Origin: an uncultured Methanoregulaceae archaeon
Lineage (GTDB): Archaea > Halobacteriota > Methanomicrobia > Methanomicrobiales > Methanospirillaceae
Assembly (NCBI GenBank): GCA_963841015.1
Contig: CAWJAX010000003.1
Span: 832,001-896,000, forward strand
Direction of reading: 5' to 3'
DNA length: 64,000 nucleotides
Shown here piece by piece: positions 40,276 to 51,934 of this stretch; position 1 is the first letter of the stretch, and every line of letters starts with the position of its first letter. Position numbers and translations under genes: made by a program. The notes beneath the pieces were generated by a model that saw nothing but the letters and a program-made list of their open reading frames with translations, was not told where the DNA came from and did no database searches.

Positions 40276-41781
40276 TTATTTTTGGATGTACCACCCGGTC
40301 ATGGTCTCATCAAGAATCTTTTCGCTGGTCGGTTTGGTCATAAGGCTGACCACAATCATTGCAACGACTGCAATGACAAATGCATAGAAGGAGAAATGCA
40401 TCGGTAATTTTGCCAGCTTGAAGTAGGATATTCCGCCAAAGATGAGGGATACAATCAATCCCAGCGCCATCGAGACGAGTGCACCTTCACGGGTTGCCCG
40501 TCTCCAGTATAATCCGGCAAGCATGGGTACAGCAAACGTTGCAAACATGATCCCAATCCCGGCCCAGATTAGCCAGACCAGCATATCCGGGGGACTGATG
40601 GCAAGGAGCAGCGTTACTGCTGCTGCTGCAAATACCGAGATCTGGCTGACAAGAAGAACCTGTTTGTCCGGTGCATCGGGTTTGAGGATTTTCTTGTAAA
40701 TATCCCAGGAAAAGTAGGTCCCGATGGTCAGCATGAGACGGTCGGTTGTGGACATGACAGCAGCCAGCACAATCACTGCAAATATTCCCCACAGGAACAT
40801 GCTGGGCAATGCAGCCTGGACACCATAGACAAAGACAAAGTCTGAAGCATTCGGGACTTTAGGCAGCTGCATAACACCCTCATTGACAAGAACGATACCG
40901 GCAAACCCGGAAAATTTGAGCAGGAACATCACGACTGCATAGATCCCGAACGCTACGAGTGGCGCCCACTTAAAGGTATTTGCATTTTTTACTGACAGGA
41001 TATTATTGATCACGTGAGGTGCGCAGGCAAGGCCGATGGTGAGGAGGAGGACAAACGAGAAGATATATTCCGGTGTAAATACAGCCCCCGCTCCGGTCAC
41101 CCATGGATCAACATTTGTCGGGTTTACCGCTGCCATCACTTCATTGATATGGGTGAATCCACCGGCTGCCATTATGACAATAGGAGCCATGATAAGGACT
41201 CCGAGGATCAGCATCAGGCCCTGAATGAGTGTTGTCCAGGCAACTGCATAGAGCCCCCCGATAACGGTATAGAGGGTCACAATGGCCGCCCCGATGAGAA
41301 GTGCCATCCAGTGGGGAATCCCGAACAACCACATAAGGACAATACTTATCGCCGTATACTGTCCGGCAAGATAGATCATCGATACAATGATTCCTGCAGT
41401 CGCACTCATGCCCCGCAATGATCTATCGCTCCCAAACCGGTGGGCAAGATAGTCCTGGACTGTCATGTACCCGGATTTTTTTGCAACGGCATGCATCTTG
41501 ACACCAAAAAAGATGATACAGAATGCAATCGAAAGAGGGACGGCAAGCTGTTCCCAGATGGTAGGCCAGGCAAACTTATATCCCAGACCCGAGACACCCA
41601 GCAGGGACATCCCGGAACAGACAGACCCAATCATGAGAAAGGTGAATACCCAGAAATCCAGGGAACGCCCGGCAACGACATAGTCCGACATGTTCTGGAT
41701 CTTTTTTGAAGCCCAGATTCCTATCGCGATCATTGCGATGAAATAGATGACAACGAGAGCGGCTGCGACAGGATCAATCAT
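40276..41781 (-). CDS. Sodium:solute symporter (SSS, PutP/PanF-like)
   Basis: About 13 TM segments; DY.VAGR, LYT.IGG..AV.WT, AAVMST.D, LYWRRAT..GA motifs. Confidence 0.92.
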   Translation of the reverse strand: MIDPVAAALVVIYFIAMIAIGIWASKKIQNMSDYVVAGRSLDFWVFTFLMIGSVCSGMSLLGVSGLGYKFAWPTIWEQLAVPLSIAFCIIFFGVKMHAVAKKSGYMTVQDYLAHRFGSDRSLRGMSATAGIIVSMIYLAGQYTAISIVLMWLFGIPHWMALLIGAAIVTLYTVIGGLYAVAWTTLIQGLMLILGVLIMAPIVIMAAGGFTHINEVMAAVNPTNVDPWVTGAGAVFTPEYIFSFVLLLTIGLACAPHVINNILSVKNANTFKWAPLVAFGIYAVVMFLLKFSGFAGIVLVNEGVMQLPKVPNASDFVFVYGVQAALPSMFLWGIFAVIVLAAVMSTTDRLMLTIGTYFSWDIYKKILKPDAPDKQVLLVSQISVFAAAAVTLLLAISPPDMLVWLIWAGIGIMFATFAVPMLAGLYWRRATREGALVSMALGLIVSLIFGGISYFKLAKLPMHFSFYAFVIAVVAMIVVSLMTKPTSEKILDETMTGWYIQK

Positions 41782-41885
41782 GAGGGTATCTCCTTGAACG
41801 TAAGTCCCCAGTAGAGCAATGCAATGATAATCAGGAGGAATGCTCCCCCGACTAAAACGATAGTTGTAGTAGGCAGTCCAAACAT
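41778..41885 (-). CDS. Small single-TM SSS accessory peptide (35 aa)
   Basis: MFGLPTTTIVLVGGAFLLIIIALLYWGLTFKEIPS; its stop overlaps the SSS ATG (ATGA). Confidence 0.7.
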   Translation of the reverse strand: MFGLPTTTIVLVGGAFLLIIIALLYWGLTFKEIPS

Positions 41886-42329
41886 TCTATCAAAATACTT
41901 TGTGGTATGTTAACATATAACATAATCGAAATTTATTCAGCTCTTGGGCGCCAAAAGGTAAAAAGAGCCATATATAGACTCTGATATAAAATATTATATT
42001 TTTTCACACGGATAAATGAGGAATGCACGAATGCTATCGCTTTATTGCTCTTTTCTGTCATGGCTCTCCTGTATTTGGCTTAAAAGATTGTGGGGATTGC
42101 AAAAAGACGGGGACAAAAGCTACAAACGCCGATGCAGGACTGGTTTTCTCCCTGCAATCCGAGTGACATCAGCGTAATAGTATTTGGGGTAACCTACGTA
42201 AAAAATTCGCTCTATAGATGATACGACCCGGTTATACCGTATTCTCCGGTTTGCACAAAATACGGATCAAAAACTGAATCTGAACATCATGGTTATTATA
42301 TAATCGACAACCACCCCTTTCTTTGAAGA

Positions 42330-42869
42330 ATGAAACCTTTTTTTCAGTTTACAAATGGCTTAAAACTTATAGCAATTGCGCTCATCGGCTTAATAGGTAT
42401 CATAGAAATCCCCCTTGTTGTTGGTTTATATAATCAGAATACAGCAGGCGAAATATTCGGGCTGGTTGTATCCATCTTTATCCTCCAGCCCCTGGCTGTT
42501 GCTATCGGACTCGGGCTCGGTATACATCCCGTTCAGGTAATGCTCATTATGGTGTCATTTGGTATTACGGTTATTTTGGTAGTATTCGGAATATGTGATA
42601 TGTTTGCAGAACGATCGGATTGGCTCAACGGGCACCTTAAGAAAATTGAAACAATTACTCAAAAATCCGAAATGTTCAGGAAATATGGAATGTATGCTTT
42701 TATTCCTTTCATCTGGGTTCCTGGTGTCGGACTATATGGATGTATCATGATTGCATGGCTGTTCAAATGGAGGAGTGTACGGGCAGGAACAATTATTCTT
42801 TCAGGATGGATTCTTGCAGCACTTATTGTCCTGCTGACATCTATCGGGATTTTTCAGATTATCCGATAA
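42330..42869 (+). CDS. Small multidrug-export-like (COG2426) membrane protein
   Basis: Multi-TM with KYG....I.F..VPG.G.Y.....AWL pattern. Confidence 0.6.
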   Translation: MKPFFQFTNGLKLIAIALIGLIGIIEIPLVVGLYNQNTAGEIFGLVVSIFILQPLAVAIGLGLGIHPVQVMLIMVSFGITVILVVFGICDMFAERSDWLNGHLKKIETITQKSEMFRKYGMYAFIPFIWVPGVGLYGCIMIAWLFKWRSVRAGTIILSGWILAALIVLLTSIGIFQIIR

Positions 42870-42930
42870 AAAAAGAAAAGATATTGCTGAAATCGTAATG
42901 ATGGTGCTGCCGATATGCAAATAGAGACGT

Positions 42931-43569
42931 TTAGGTTTTCAGTGTTGCTTTGCTCTCGGAGATTCGCTTTCTGAGTTCCTGTGCAGCTGCGGTAATATCC
43001 TTACTACCGACCACAGAAGAGATCACCGCCACACCGTCTGCTCCTGCTGTGATAACCTCATGTACATTGTCCAGGTTTATCCCCCCTATGGCAATTACCG
43101 GAACAGAAACTTTCTGCCGTATTTCCCGTAAAACCCTAAGACCGCGACCAGGTCCTGCATCATTTTTCGATGCCGTGGAAAATATTGGGCTTACAGCAAG
43201 GTAATCTGCACCATCCTGTTCTGCCTTTAAGGCTTCATCAACAGTTCCCACAGAGACCCCGATAATAAAACCAGGCGGGGCAATCTGCCGGGCAACGCCA
43301 GCACGTATGTCATCCTGCCCGAGATGAACACCATCTGCTCCGCAGGCAAGGGCTGCATCAAGACGATCATTGACAATGAACAATGTACCGGTTTTCATCG
43401 TTATGGTGCGGAGAACCCTGCCGATCTGACAGAGCTTCAGGCACCCGCACGTCTTGTCTCTTAACTGAATGGCATCTGCTCCCCCGGCAATTGCCCGCTC
43501 TGCAATCTCTGCGTGGGTTAAACCACCGGCAATTGTCTCATCGGTAATGACATACAGGGCGTACTTCAT
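42931..43569 (-). CDS. thiE: Thiamine-phosphate synthase
   Basis: LYVITD, QLRDK, IVNDR.D.A, DGVHLGQDD, GADY, T.SK, AIGGI motifs. Confidence 0.95.
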   Translation of the reverse strand: MKYALYVITDETIAGGLTHAEIAERAIAGGADAIQLRDKTCGCLKLCQIGRVLRTITMKTGTLFIVNDRLDAALACGADGVHLGQDDIRAGVARQIAPPGFIIGVSVGTVDEALKAEQDGADYLAVSPIFSTASKNDAGPGRGLRVLREIRQKVSVPVIAIGGINLDNVHEVITAGADGVAVISSVVGSKDITAAAQELRKRISESKATLKT

Positions 43570-43579
43570 GATACCATGA

Positions 43580-44380
43580 TTATCGTGTCCTTATCCTTGC
43601 ACCAGATATCAGATCTTCAGGTTTTAATGCTGCCATCTCATCAAATAGTGCAGTCTTGAACGAATACGGACCCCTTGCACCGGCAGCTGCTCTCTCACCG
43701 GCTAAGCCGAATGCCGCCAGTGCTGCTGCCGATGAAATGACAGGACTGTCAGCTGCTGCAGAAAATGCCCCAATGACGGATGCTGCCATGCAACCAGTAC
43801 CGGAAATACTGCCCAGCATCGGATGGCCATTTTCCACAAGAAGATGGCTTTTGCCATCAGTCACGATGTCCGTTGCACCGCTTACGACTACTGTCAAACC
43901 AGCTTCTTTTGCATAGTGTTGTGCAATCCTAAACAAATCACCAGTCACACCACAAGAGTCAACCCCTCTCACGTGTGCTTCTGCACCGGCAAGGATACCT
44001 ATCTCCCCGGCATTACCCTTGAGGATCGTTATCTTCAGTTCATCGAGCAGCCTCTGTGCACTTTCGGTCCTGAACCGGGTCGCACCGGCTCCTACAGGAT
44101 CAAGAATAATCGGGACCCGCCGATCGTTTGCCATGCCCCCGGCAAGCAGCATTGACTCTATCTGTCCCATGTTGAGTGTACCGATATTGAGGACAAGTGC
44201 ACCGGCAAAGGTAACCATTTCACAAACCTCCTCCGGGGCATCCGCCATAACCGGGGCAGCACCGGCAGAGATCGTGATATTGGCACAGTCATTGACCGTG
44301 ACATAATTGGTAATATGATGGACAAGCGGGCGCTTCTCCCGCACACTGGCGAACACCTCAGAGATTTGTGTATTTTTCAT
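43580..44380 (-). CDS. thiM: Hydroxyethylthiazole kinase
   Basis: [42 protein letters not shown] motifs. Confidence 0.95.
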   Translation of the reverse strand: MKNTQISEVFASVREKRPLVHHITNYVTVNDCANITISAGAAPVMADAPEEVCEMVTFAGALVLNIGTLNMGQIESMLLAGGMANDRRVPIILDPVGAGATRFRTESAQRLLDELKITILKGNAGEIGILAGAEAHVRGVDSCGVTGDLFRIAQHYAKEAGLTVVVSGATDIVTDGKSHLLVENGHPMLGSISGTGCMAASVIGAFSAAADSPVISSAAALAAFGLAGERAAAGARGPYSFKTALFDEMAALKPEDLISGARIRTR

Positions 44381-44520
44381 GGGGATTCTCCGGTCTTTAA
44401 AAATCCTGGTATCTTTGAACAGGAAGTCAAAGAGTAGTTTAGACGGGGATTTATTAAATCATGTCCGCGCCGGCTGTAAAGGACAAAAAACGGTAATTCC
44501 GGTTTGCCAGGGTAATTTTG

Positions 44521-47153
44521 TCATCGTGTGAGTTCTTCCAGCGTCGCCAGGAGCATATCGATTTCATGATCCGTGTTGTAAAGTGCAAGGCTCGCCCGCA
44601 CCGTCCCTTCGGGTAATTTGAGATAGTCAGTCAGCGGCTGGCAGCAGTGGTGTCCGGATCGCACCATGATATCCGCAGTCTCATCAAGCTGCTGGGAAAC
44701 TTCATGCGGGTGCATGCCATCAACGGTGAATGAGACCACCCCAATTCCTGGGACGGGATGAGAAGGAGCAAAGACATGAACGTGTTTGATCTGTGCCAGC
44801 CCGTCAATCAACCGATTCGTAAGCCCTTCTTCGTAGTTTCGTATCTTTTCCATGCCGACTTTCTGGAGATATTCAGCAGCAACGCCAAGACCGATCCCCC
44901 CGGCTATATTGGGGGTGCCGGCTTCGTATTTCTGGAAACCTTCTGCGGTTTTGAAACCTGTGGCGGTTACCGTCTCGACCATCCCGCCGCCGAATATCGA
45001 AGGCTCAAGCACAGGTTCCTTCATCCAGAGTACTCCTGTTCCGGTAGGCCCGAGCATCTTGTGACCCGAAAAGGCAAAAAAGTCACAGCCCAGACGAGCA
45101 ACATTTACCGGCAGGTGAGGTACTGACTGGGCGCCATCAACCAGCAGGAGGATGCCTTTTTCGTGGCAGATCTCTGCAATCTCTGGAACAGGAGTAACCA
45201 CGCCGATAACGTTCGATGCATGACTGATCGTGATAAGCCGGTGGCCGGGGTGATCGCCCGTTTCAGTGCATCAAGATCAAGCGAGTAGTCAGCGTTTATA
45301 CCGACGACATCGAGGCTTACTCCCCACCTGGTGAGATTTCTCCACGGCAGCAGGTTTGAGTGATGCTCAAGAATTGTGGTGATCACACGGTCCCCGGTTT
45401 TCCAGACAAGCCCCTGCGCAACCATGTTGATTGCTTCAGTGGTATTTTTGGTAAAAACCGTGACTCCATCGTTACCGCCAATAAACTGTGCGACTTTGTC
45501 GTGGGCATGCCAGTAACGCTGTGAGGAGATCCGGGTGAAACGGTGAACACCCCGCCCCACATTTGCCCGGTAACGGTGTTCAAACTCGACCATCGCTTCA
45601 ATAACAGGCTCCGGAGAAAAGCTTGTTGCTGCATTGTCGAGATAAATGATGTCACCGAGAATCGGGAAATCCTTGCGGATCTCGTTAACCGCAAATCCCG
45701 CACCAGACTGTTTTTCGATTGTTGGTTCCATGGTTGTTCCTTCCTTCATATCAACGGATTCCTTCTTTCTCATGGGGACGGTCTGCAGCGTATAATCATC
45801 ATTGACATTAATCCCCTTCGATTTACACAATTCCCTCATTTTCGGGGGCAATGCCCGCCAGCGCCAGAGCCCCCACGAGCAAAAAGACTCCGGAAACCCT
45901 TTTTTATCAGCCCATGTATCGAGGAATGCATCCCACCGCTTCGCATACTCAGGATGGATGATCCGGAGTTCCTCATACTCACTTTCAAGCATCGCGGGGC
46001 AAAGGTAGCATCCGATTCGTTCGAGTCCTTTATCGTAAAGCGGGTTAATTTCCGCTTTCTGCCACCATAAATAGAGGAATACTTCAAGCGCCCGCCAGTT
46101 CCTGATCGGTGAGACGTTCAGCTGGAGGGGGTTGGCCGGATTCTGGCTCGTCTCATCAAGGTCAGCCCGGTTCCAGGATTCGTACCAGCGGTTTCCCTGT
46201 ATCGTAACGCACGGCCCAACCCCGGCAAGGTAGAGCTTGAGCGGGTGTAGTTTCAGAAGTTTGCAGCACCAGCGGTTATCCTTTCCCGGAGGTCCAGCCT
46301 TCTCTACGGCCTGCCAGAAGTCCCCCGCTTTCTGGACGACCTCGACACCCTGGGATCGCACAAACTCCACTGTTTCGGGAAATTCGATACCGGTGTCAAT
46401 AAAGAATGCTTTTGTTACACCGGCTTTCCGTGCAAGATGCAGGATTGCAGTACTGTCCTTACCTCCTGAGAAGGAAACATTTGCAGTCGGACGGTCATGG
46501 ATATGGTGTTTAATGCTGCGGATGGCATTGCGCTCCAGGTTCTTTAAATGGTACCGGTTCTTTTCGATTGCTACATCCCAGCCGGGATTTGGCGGTGTGC
46601 GGAAAGCGACGGCAATGAGCTCTCTGACTTTGACCGAGCCCTCTTTGACCATGCCAGTCCCGAACCGGTTTTTATATTTCACAATCACCGTACCCTCAGG
46701 TGCAGGAATTTTGAGGGGAATCCTTTTGCCACCGATCCGTCCCTGCTCTTTTCTGGCATCGGTCTGGAGATCAAGATCCACTATCCCCTGCTTCACGAAA
46801 GACAGGATATACGGGAGTGCTTCCGGCGCGAGATCGAAACTGAACTGTCTCGATACCGGATCGAACGTGAGCCAGCCAAACCGTTCCCCGTGCATTATCA
46901 CCAGATCCGCACGATCAACACCGCCGGTTTTGTTCAGGAGAAGAATTTTTGCAAGAGGAACAGTGCCAAAACGTTCATGGACGAGTTTTTTGATGAGTGC
47001 TGCATCCGCTGCAAGTGCAGGGCGGACATCGTAAGGCTGGAGAAGCTCGATCTTTTTCCCCTCGTTACCACACGCACAGCTCTTTGCAATCAGCGGGACA
47101 TTGCAGGTCTCGCACCAGTAAAGTATCTTTTTTACCGGCGGTTCGCGTAACAC
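44521..47153 (-). CDS. Fusion of PAPS-reductase-family [4Fe-4S] domain and SufS-type cysteine desulfurase (one frameshift near 45241)
   Basis: SFSGGKDS, DTG.EFPET, RWCC, GNR.YES, PI..W, NPLY..G..RIGCYLCP continue in frame to YLDNAATS and EHHSNLLPW; after the shift come DGAQS, SGHKMLGPTG and RSGHHC. Confidence 0.88.
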
Positions 47154-47322
47154 ACACAGTGATTTCGCGCTTCAGGAGATAAGAGAAACGATCGGGGGAT
47201 ATGTTTAAGGTGATATTTTAACCTTGGATAACCGTTAATTGAAAAGATCCTCGGGTAGTCCCGCATTTTCAACACTAAAGTATATAAAAAGGGAATCCTG
47301 AATCAACATTGGTGAAGGTACC

Positions 47323-47727
47323 ATGGTGAAATTAACCGCAGAGATGAAGGAGGCTTTCGGGAAGATGAAGGTGTTCCCGGTTGCCACGGCGACAAAAGAG
47401 GGAACTCCGAATGTAATCCCTCTCGGGATTGCATGGCTCATGAGTGATGATACCGTCTGGTTTGTGGACAATTTCATGAACAAGACGCTTTCCAACCTAA
47501 GGGTTAACCCCAGGATCGCGTTCTATCTCTGGGGACCCGAGATCAAGGGCTGTTACCAGGTCAAAGGTGTAGCGGAAATCAAAGCCAGCGGCAGGGAATA
47601 CGATGAAATGAAGGCAAAGATCAATGAGAAGAACCCGGCTCTCCCGGCGCGCTCTCTGGTCATCGTTAAGATAACCGAGATCTTTGAGTGCAAACCCGGA
47701 CCTACAGCCGGGGCTAAAATTCTCTGA
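47323..47727 (+). CDS. Pyridoxamine 5'-phosphate oxidase-like flavin-binding protein
   Basis: ATA...G.PNV, DNFM.KT..NL..NP, YQ.KG, PG..AG motifs. Confidence 0.85.
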   Translation: MVKLTAEMKEAFGKMKVFPVATATKEGTPNVIPLGIAWLMSDDTVWFVDNFMNKTLSNLRVNPRIAFYLWGPEIKGCYQVKGVAEIKASGREYDEMKAKINEKNPALPARSLVIVKITEIFECKPGPTAGAKIL

Positions 47728-47812
47728 TTTTTTTAATTTCTTATTCTTACAAGAAAGGGCAAGAAGATGCCAGCAGTATATACGAAGAGTGATTTTGGTA
47801 CATCACTCTTGC

Positions 47813-48037
47813 TTACGCTTCAATATTGATGATCTGCACCGGGCAGAGATCTGATGCTTCCTGCGCACAGGCTCCGTGTTCTTCAGTGATCGTCCCCTCA
47901 GCAATGTTGCCATTGATCCGGTATTTTTCAATGATCCGGCTGAATGAATCATCCGGGTCCTGCTCAAACAATCCCGGGCAGGTTTCCCAGCATGAACCAC
48001 AGCTCACGCATGTCGCACGTTCAATAATCACGTTCAC
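47813..48037 (-). CDS. Monocluster ferredoxin
   Basis: CVSCGSC...CP and a distal CPVQII. Confidence 0.88.
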   Translation of the reverse strand: MNVIIERATCVSCGSCWETCPGLFEQDPDDSFSRIIEKYRINGNIAEGTITEEHGACAQEASDLCPVQIINIEA

Positions 48038-48178
48038 ACGTATTCACCTTGATTACTGGTTCATGGTTAAGCCGGAACAATAAAGGTGCCGGTTGTACAA
48101 CAGTGCTGCTTTTTTGTAAACGGTATATTACACCGAGCAGGTGCAAATCCACACATCTAAATATACACCCGTTTTGTA

Positions 48179-48950
48179 TTATTTTGCACGGTAATTTTTG
48201 ATCATCAGCGTACCTTTCCCACGGTTGGCTATATCGCCTTTGAACACATCTGCGGTAATCTTCCATTCAGGGAGCATTTTTCTTTCAGTTTTTTCAAATG
48301 TGGGAATCATATCATGGACTGTCCCAAGAATCACGCATGAACCATCCTTCATGTTAGCACAGGGACGGGTTGCTTCACCTTCGATAATCAGCTCTCCGCC
48401 ACGCATCTCCACACCAGGGAAATCTCCGGCACTCCCATGAATATGCACCCTGCCACCTGCAAGGTATTCAGCACAGAAATCACCCGCATTGCCAAACACC
48501 TCCACGCTCCCACCCTGCATACCTTTTTTCTCACCACGGTAACCGGTCGCGCAATAATGGCCGGCATTGCCACGGCAGAGAATCGTCCCGCCACGCATCT
48601 CGCGCCCGAGCCAGGCATCCGCATTTCCAAGGATCTCGATCGTCCCCCCGCTCATGAAATTCCCGCAATGCATACCGATATCCCCGCTGATCAGGATACT
48701 GCCGGTATCCATGTATTCCCCTACCCGCTTGATTCTTGATGTGTCACCTTTGAGAACAACCTCGATATTTTCCGGGGAAACTGCAGTGCCTTCAACAAAG
48801 ATCCAGAACAGTTCGGAAAGCGTGCGTTCCTTATTACCCTCATATACCAGAAGATCCTGTACCTTTCAGGAAATTGCGGGGAATGATTGCTTCTGCTTCT
48901 ATGGGGAGGGTGGGCTTTTTACGCACCTTGCTCTCAAGGATCACCCTCAT
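48179..48950 (-). CDS. fmdC: Formylmethanofuran dehydrogenase subunit C (frameshift near 48857)
   Basis: PIEAE.I.P, YEGN...LSELF, KRVGEYM, GXGXXG beta-helix repeats, GD....GKG. Confidence 0.9.
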
Positions 48951-50648
48951 GTGAATGCCTCCGTATCAACCCGGCGCCCCCTGGGGAGATACAGGTCCTG
49001 TACCGGGTAATTGCTCATTCTCACCGTGTAGAACTCCTGGAACCTCCGGATGAATTCAGGATCGTTGTCAACACGGAGATCTTCGGGAATTTTTGCATTT
49101 GCCCAGAACGTGGCATTTGCACCATCGACAACAATCTCCCCCTCCCGCGATACCACTCGTCCCCTCTTTATCGTGTACCGGGTCTTCTGGAAGCCTTCCA
49201 CTACTTTACGATATTCCCGGGCAGGGTCAACGGAATCAGTCCGGATGGGGTAGATCGCAATATCGGCTTCTGCACCAATTCCCAGGTGTCCTTTGCCCTG
49301 GTTGATGATACCCAGGGCCTTAGCCTGCCCTGCACGGGTCATAACGGCAATATCATGCCAGTCCATCTCCCGCTCAAGAGCACAAAGCGAAGTTCTTTTC
49401 TCCGTATCAGCATGGAGCGTGGCACATTCCTCGTCACGGTACCGCTTGCTCATCAGGAGACCTATCACTTCAGGGTACTTCACGAACGGAGCACCATTGG
49501 GATTGTCTGTTTCGAGCAGGCACTGCCAGGGGCTTTTCGTGAGAAGTGCCAGTTCAAGACCGATAGCCCACATTATACAGTTAACTGCACTTTTCTTGGA
49601 GTAGGTAACGGGGATAATACCGGATCCTGTTTCCAGCTCCACGTCATGGTTGCTCCACTTGTTGTGGTGCAGGCAGTGAAGATTGAACTCCATGGGTCCG
49701 TCAGCGGTCATGGTCATGGTCCGGCAGAACATGATCTGGCCCATGTCAATGACAATCTGGGGTTTGCTGTTGACCGATCGCGTAATGTCTTCTGCCTTTG
49801 AACAGATATTGCGCCATGTCCCGCCACCGTATGCGTGGAACTGCACATGGGTGGCATACAGGGTCTGGCGATCAGGGTTTAAATCAGGCACGAGCTCGAA
49901 CGTATCAAGGGTGGTCTGGTAATTTCCGGGCTTTCCCAGGTTATTGCAGTGCAGGTGCACTGAATGAGGGAGCCGGAGGCAGCTCGTTTGCCCGTATCAT
50001 GGTGCTGATGATCTCGGCAGGTGTTACCTCAAAGTGCGGAACCTTTTCATGGATGCTGGTTAAGTCCTCGCCCCAGCCCCAGGCTTCAGTTCCACCAGGG
50101 TTTGTCAGTTTAATCCCGTAGCCTTTTACCGCATTTAACGTCCAGCCGACGACAGCAGCTGCCTTTTTGATGTTCTTCTCCCGCACCGCGTCCATGACTG
50201 CCCAGTTGCCGTCAAAGAGGGTGTTTGCCATCATGTCCTGGTGAGGAGTCGCCGTGAATTCTTCATGGGTGTGCCGGGCTTCAAGAGGTGCCATCGCACC
50301 TTCGAGCAGGGTCGTATAGCCCATGGCACTATACCGGTAGCTGTTCCCGAACGTGGTGGGGACGTAGTATCCGCTCGTCACATGCATCTTTCCATGCCGC
50401 CGGGTCCTGCCAGCCCGCATATCCTCAGGGCTCATGTACCGCCCGAAGTTCACCTTGGTACCGCAGACATGGGTGTGGGAGTCAATGCCTCCGGGTAGCG
50501 TAAGACACCGTTGTGCATCGATCATTTCAGACCGGTCAGATACTGATTCCACAATCCGTCCGTCACGGATCGCGATATCCATAATTTCGCCGTTGATACC
50601 CCGTATCGGATCAATGACGCATGCATTTTTCACCAGTAACTCAGTCAT
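48947..50648 (-). CDS. fmdA: Formylmethanofuran dehydrogenase subunit A (frameshift near 49979)
   Basis: PGGIDSHTH, GYTT, ARHTHEE, K..NPGG, HSVHLHCNNLG.PGN, H.QF, TD.PNG.PF..YP motifs. Confidence 0.92.
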
Positions 50649-51934
50649 GGTCCCATCCCCCCGTTTAAACGATCATAGATCTTTTTTAAGATTTCTGCGT
50701 CATCAGGATACCCGCGTTCGATCACTTTTTTCAGCCGTATGGGCACCCCGTCCATCCGGTATGCGGTTCCCGCGGCATCAATACCTGCAGCTGTGCAGGG
50801 AATATGGATACGGGAGAGGGCAGTTGTGGCATTCACGTGTGGATCAATAACCACCGTGGGGATCTTTGCAAGGTGGGCAGCAGCGTCCCGGGGGAAGTTG
50901 GCACCCGGATCGCTTGCCACGATAAGAGCGGCGTCGCATTCTTCCCGCCGCAGGATATCCACGGCAGTTGTCTCACCCGGGTTGTAGAATGCAATACCCC
51001 GGGCAAAATCGACAGCAAAGGGATACCCGGTCATCCAGGTGAAGACTTCATTGGAACCATAGACATTCCCATGCCCTCTCATGGGGGAAATTACAAATTT
51101 CGTATGCCGGTTAAGTTCATCGGTGAGCTCAATGGCATTTCTGATGTTCTTGTATTTTCCCCGGCTCATGGTCAGCCCGAGACCAAAGAAGATCGCGCCG
51201 AACTTTGCGTTTTTGCACAACTCTGCGACACGGATCAGTTGCTCTTTTGCAATACCGGCAACTTTTTTGGGGACGACCGCCTCTTTCCCCCTCACAATTG
51301 CCCGGAGGGCGGAAAGAACGGCATAATCACCTCCGGGTTCAACCTGCAGGAATTCATCGGCAATTCCCGTGGTGTCGTTCCTGCGGGTATCAACTACAAT
51401 CACGGTGCGTTCCCGTTGTGCATCCGGTACAAAAAAGCCCGTGGCGTAGGTGGTATACCTGCTCATATGGCGGGGATGCGCCTCGATCGGGTTGCATCCC
51501 CAGTAGATGATCACATCAGCCCTGTTTTTTACCTGCCCGAGAGTGCAGCCGGGGTGGCCAACTTCCTGGATTGCAAGGATGGACGGGCCATGACAGACGG
51601 TGCTTGTATTGTCAATAACCGCCCCGATCAGCTCGGCAATATGGACACCCACGCTCTGTGCCTCCCCGTGCGTGCTGCTCCACCCGTACAGGAGCGGCCG
51701 GTCTGCTTCTTTTAAGATATCCGCGGTCTCTTTAATCGCCTCATCGTACGAGATATCCTCCCAGCCGGTTTTTGTACGGCGGATTGGGCTTGGCAGCCGG
51801 GTATCATGCATGAACGTTGCCTCGGCAAGGGAGCAGCCGTTCTGCACCCGCACTACCCGGTCTCCCTCCACCTCAAGTTCGAGGTCATCGCAGAGACAAC
51901 CGCAGAACGGGCAGACCACATCACTCACGATCAT
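50645..51934 (-). CDS. fmdB: Formylmethanofuran dehydrogenase subunit B (Mo/W-pterin; Cys ligand)
   Basis: CPFCG.LCDD, VCHGP, GCTLGQVKNRAD, HPRHMSRY, PMRGH.NV, GT.YRMD motifs. Confidence 0.95.
   Translation of the reverse strand: MIVSDVVCPFCGCLCDDLELEVEGDRVVRVQNGCSLAEATFMHDTRLPSPIRRTKTGWEDISYDEAIKETADILKEADRPLLYGWSSTHGEAQSVGVHIAELIGAVIDNTSTVCHGPSILAIQEVGHPGCTLGQVKNRADVIIYWGCNPIEAHPRHMSRYTTYATGFFVPDAQRERTVIVVDTRRNDTTGIADEFLQVEPGGDYAVLSALRAIVRGKEAVVPKKVAGIAKEQLIRVAELCKNAKFGAIFFGLGLTMSRGKYKNIRNAIELTDELNRHTKFVISPMRGHGNVYGSNEVFTWMTGYPFAVDFARGIAFYNPGETTAVDILRREECDAALIVASDPGANFPRDAAAHLAKIPTVVIDPHVNATTALSRIHIPCTAAGIDAAGTAYRMDGVPIRLKKVIERGYPDDAEILKKIYDRLNGGMGP

Noticed and set aside
44381-44520. TPP riboswitch upstream of thiM
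   Set aside because: No CUGAGA or other THI-box core could be found on the coding strand.
44521-47153. A complete Dnd/Ssp DNA phosphorothioation defence system
   Set aside because: No DndB/D/E, Ssp or restriction components are in the window; only the enzymatic analogy is retained as a hypothesis.
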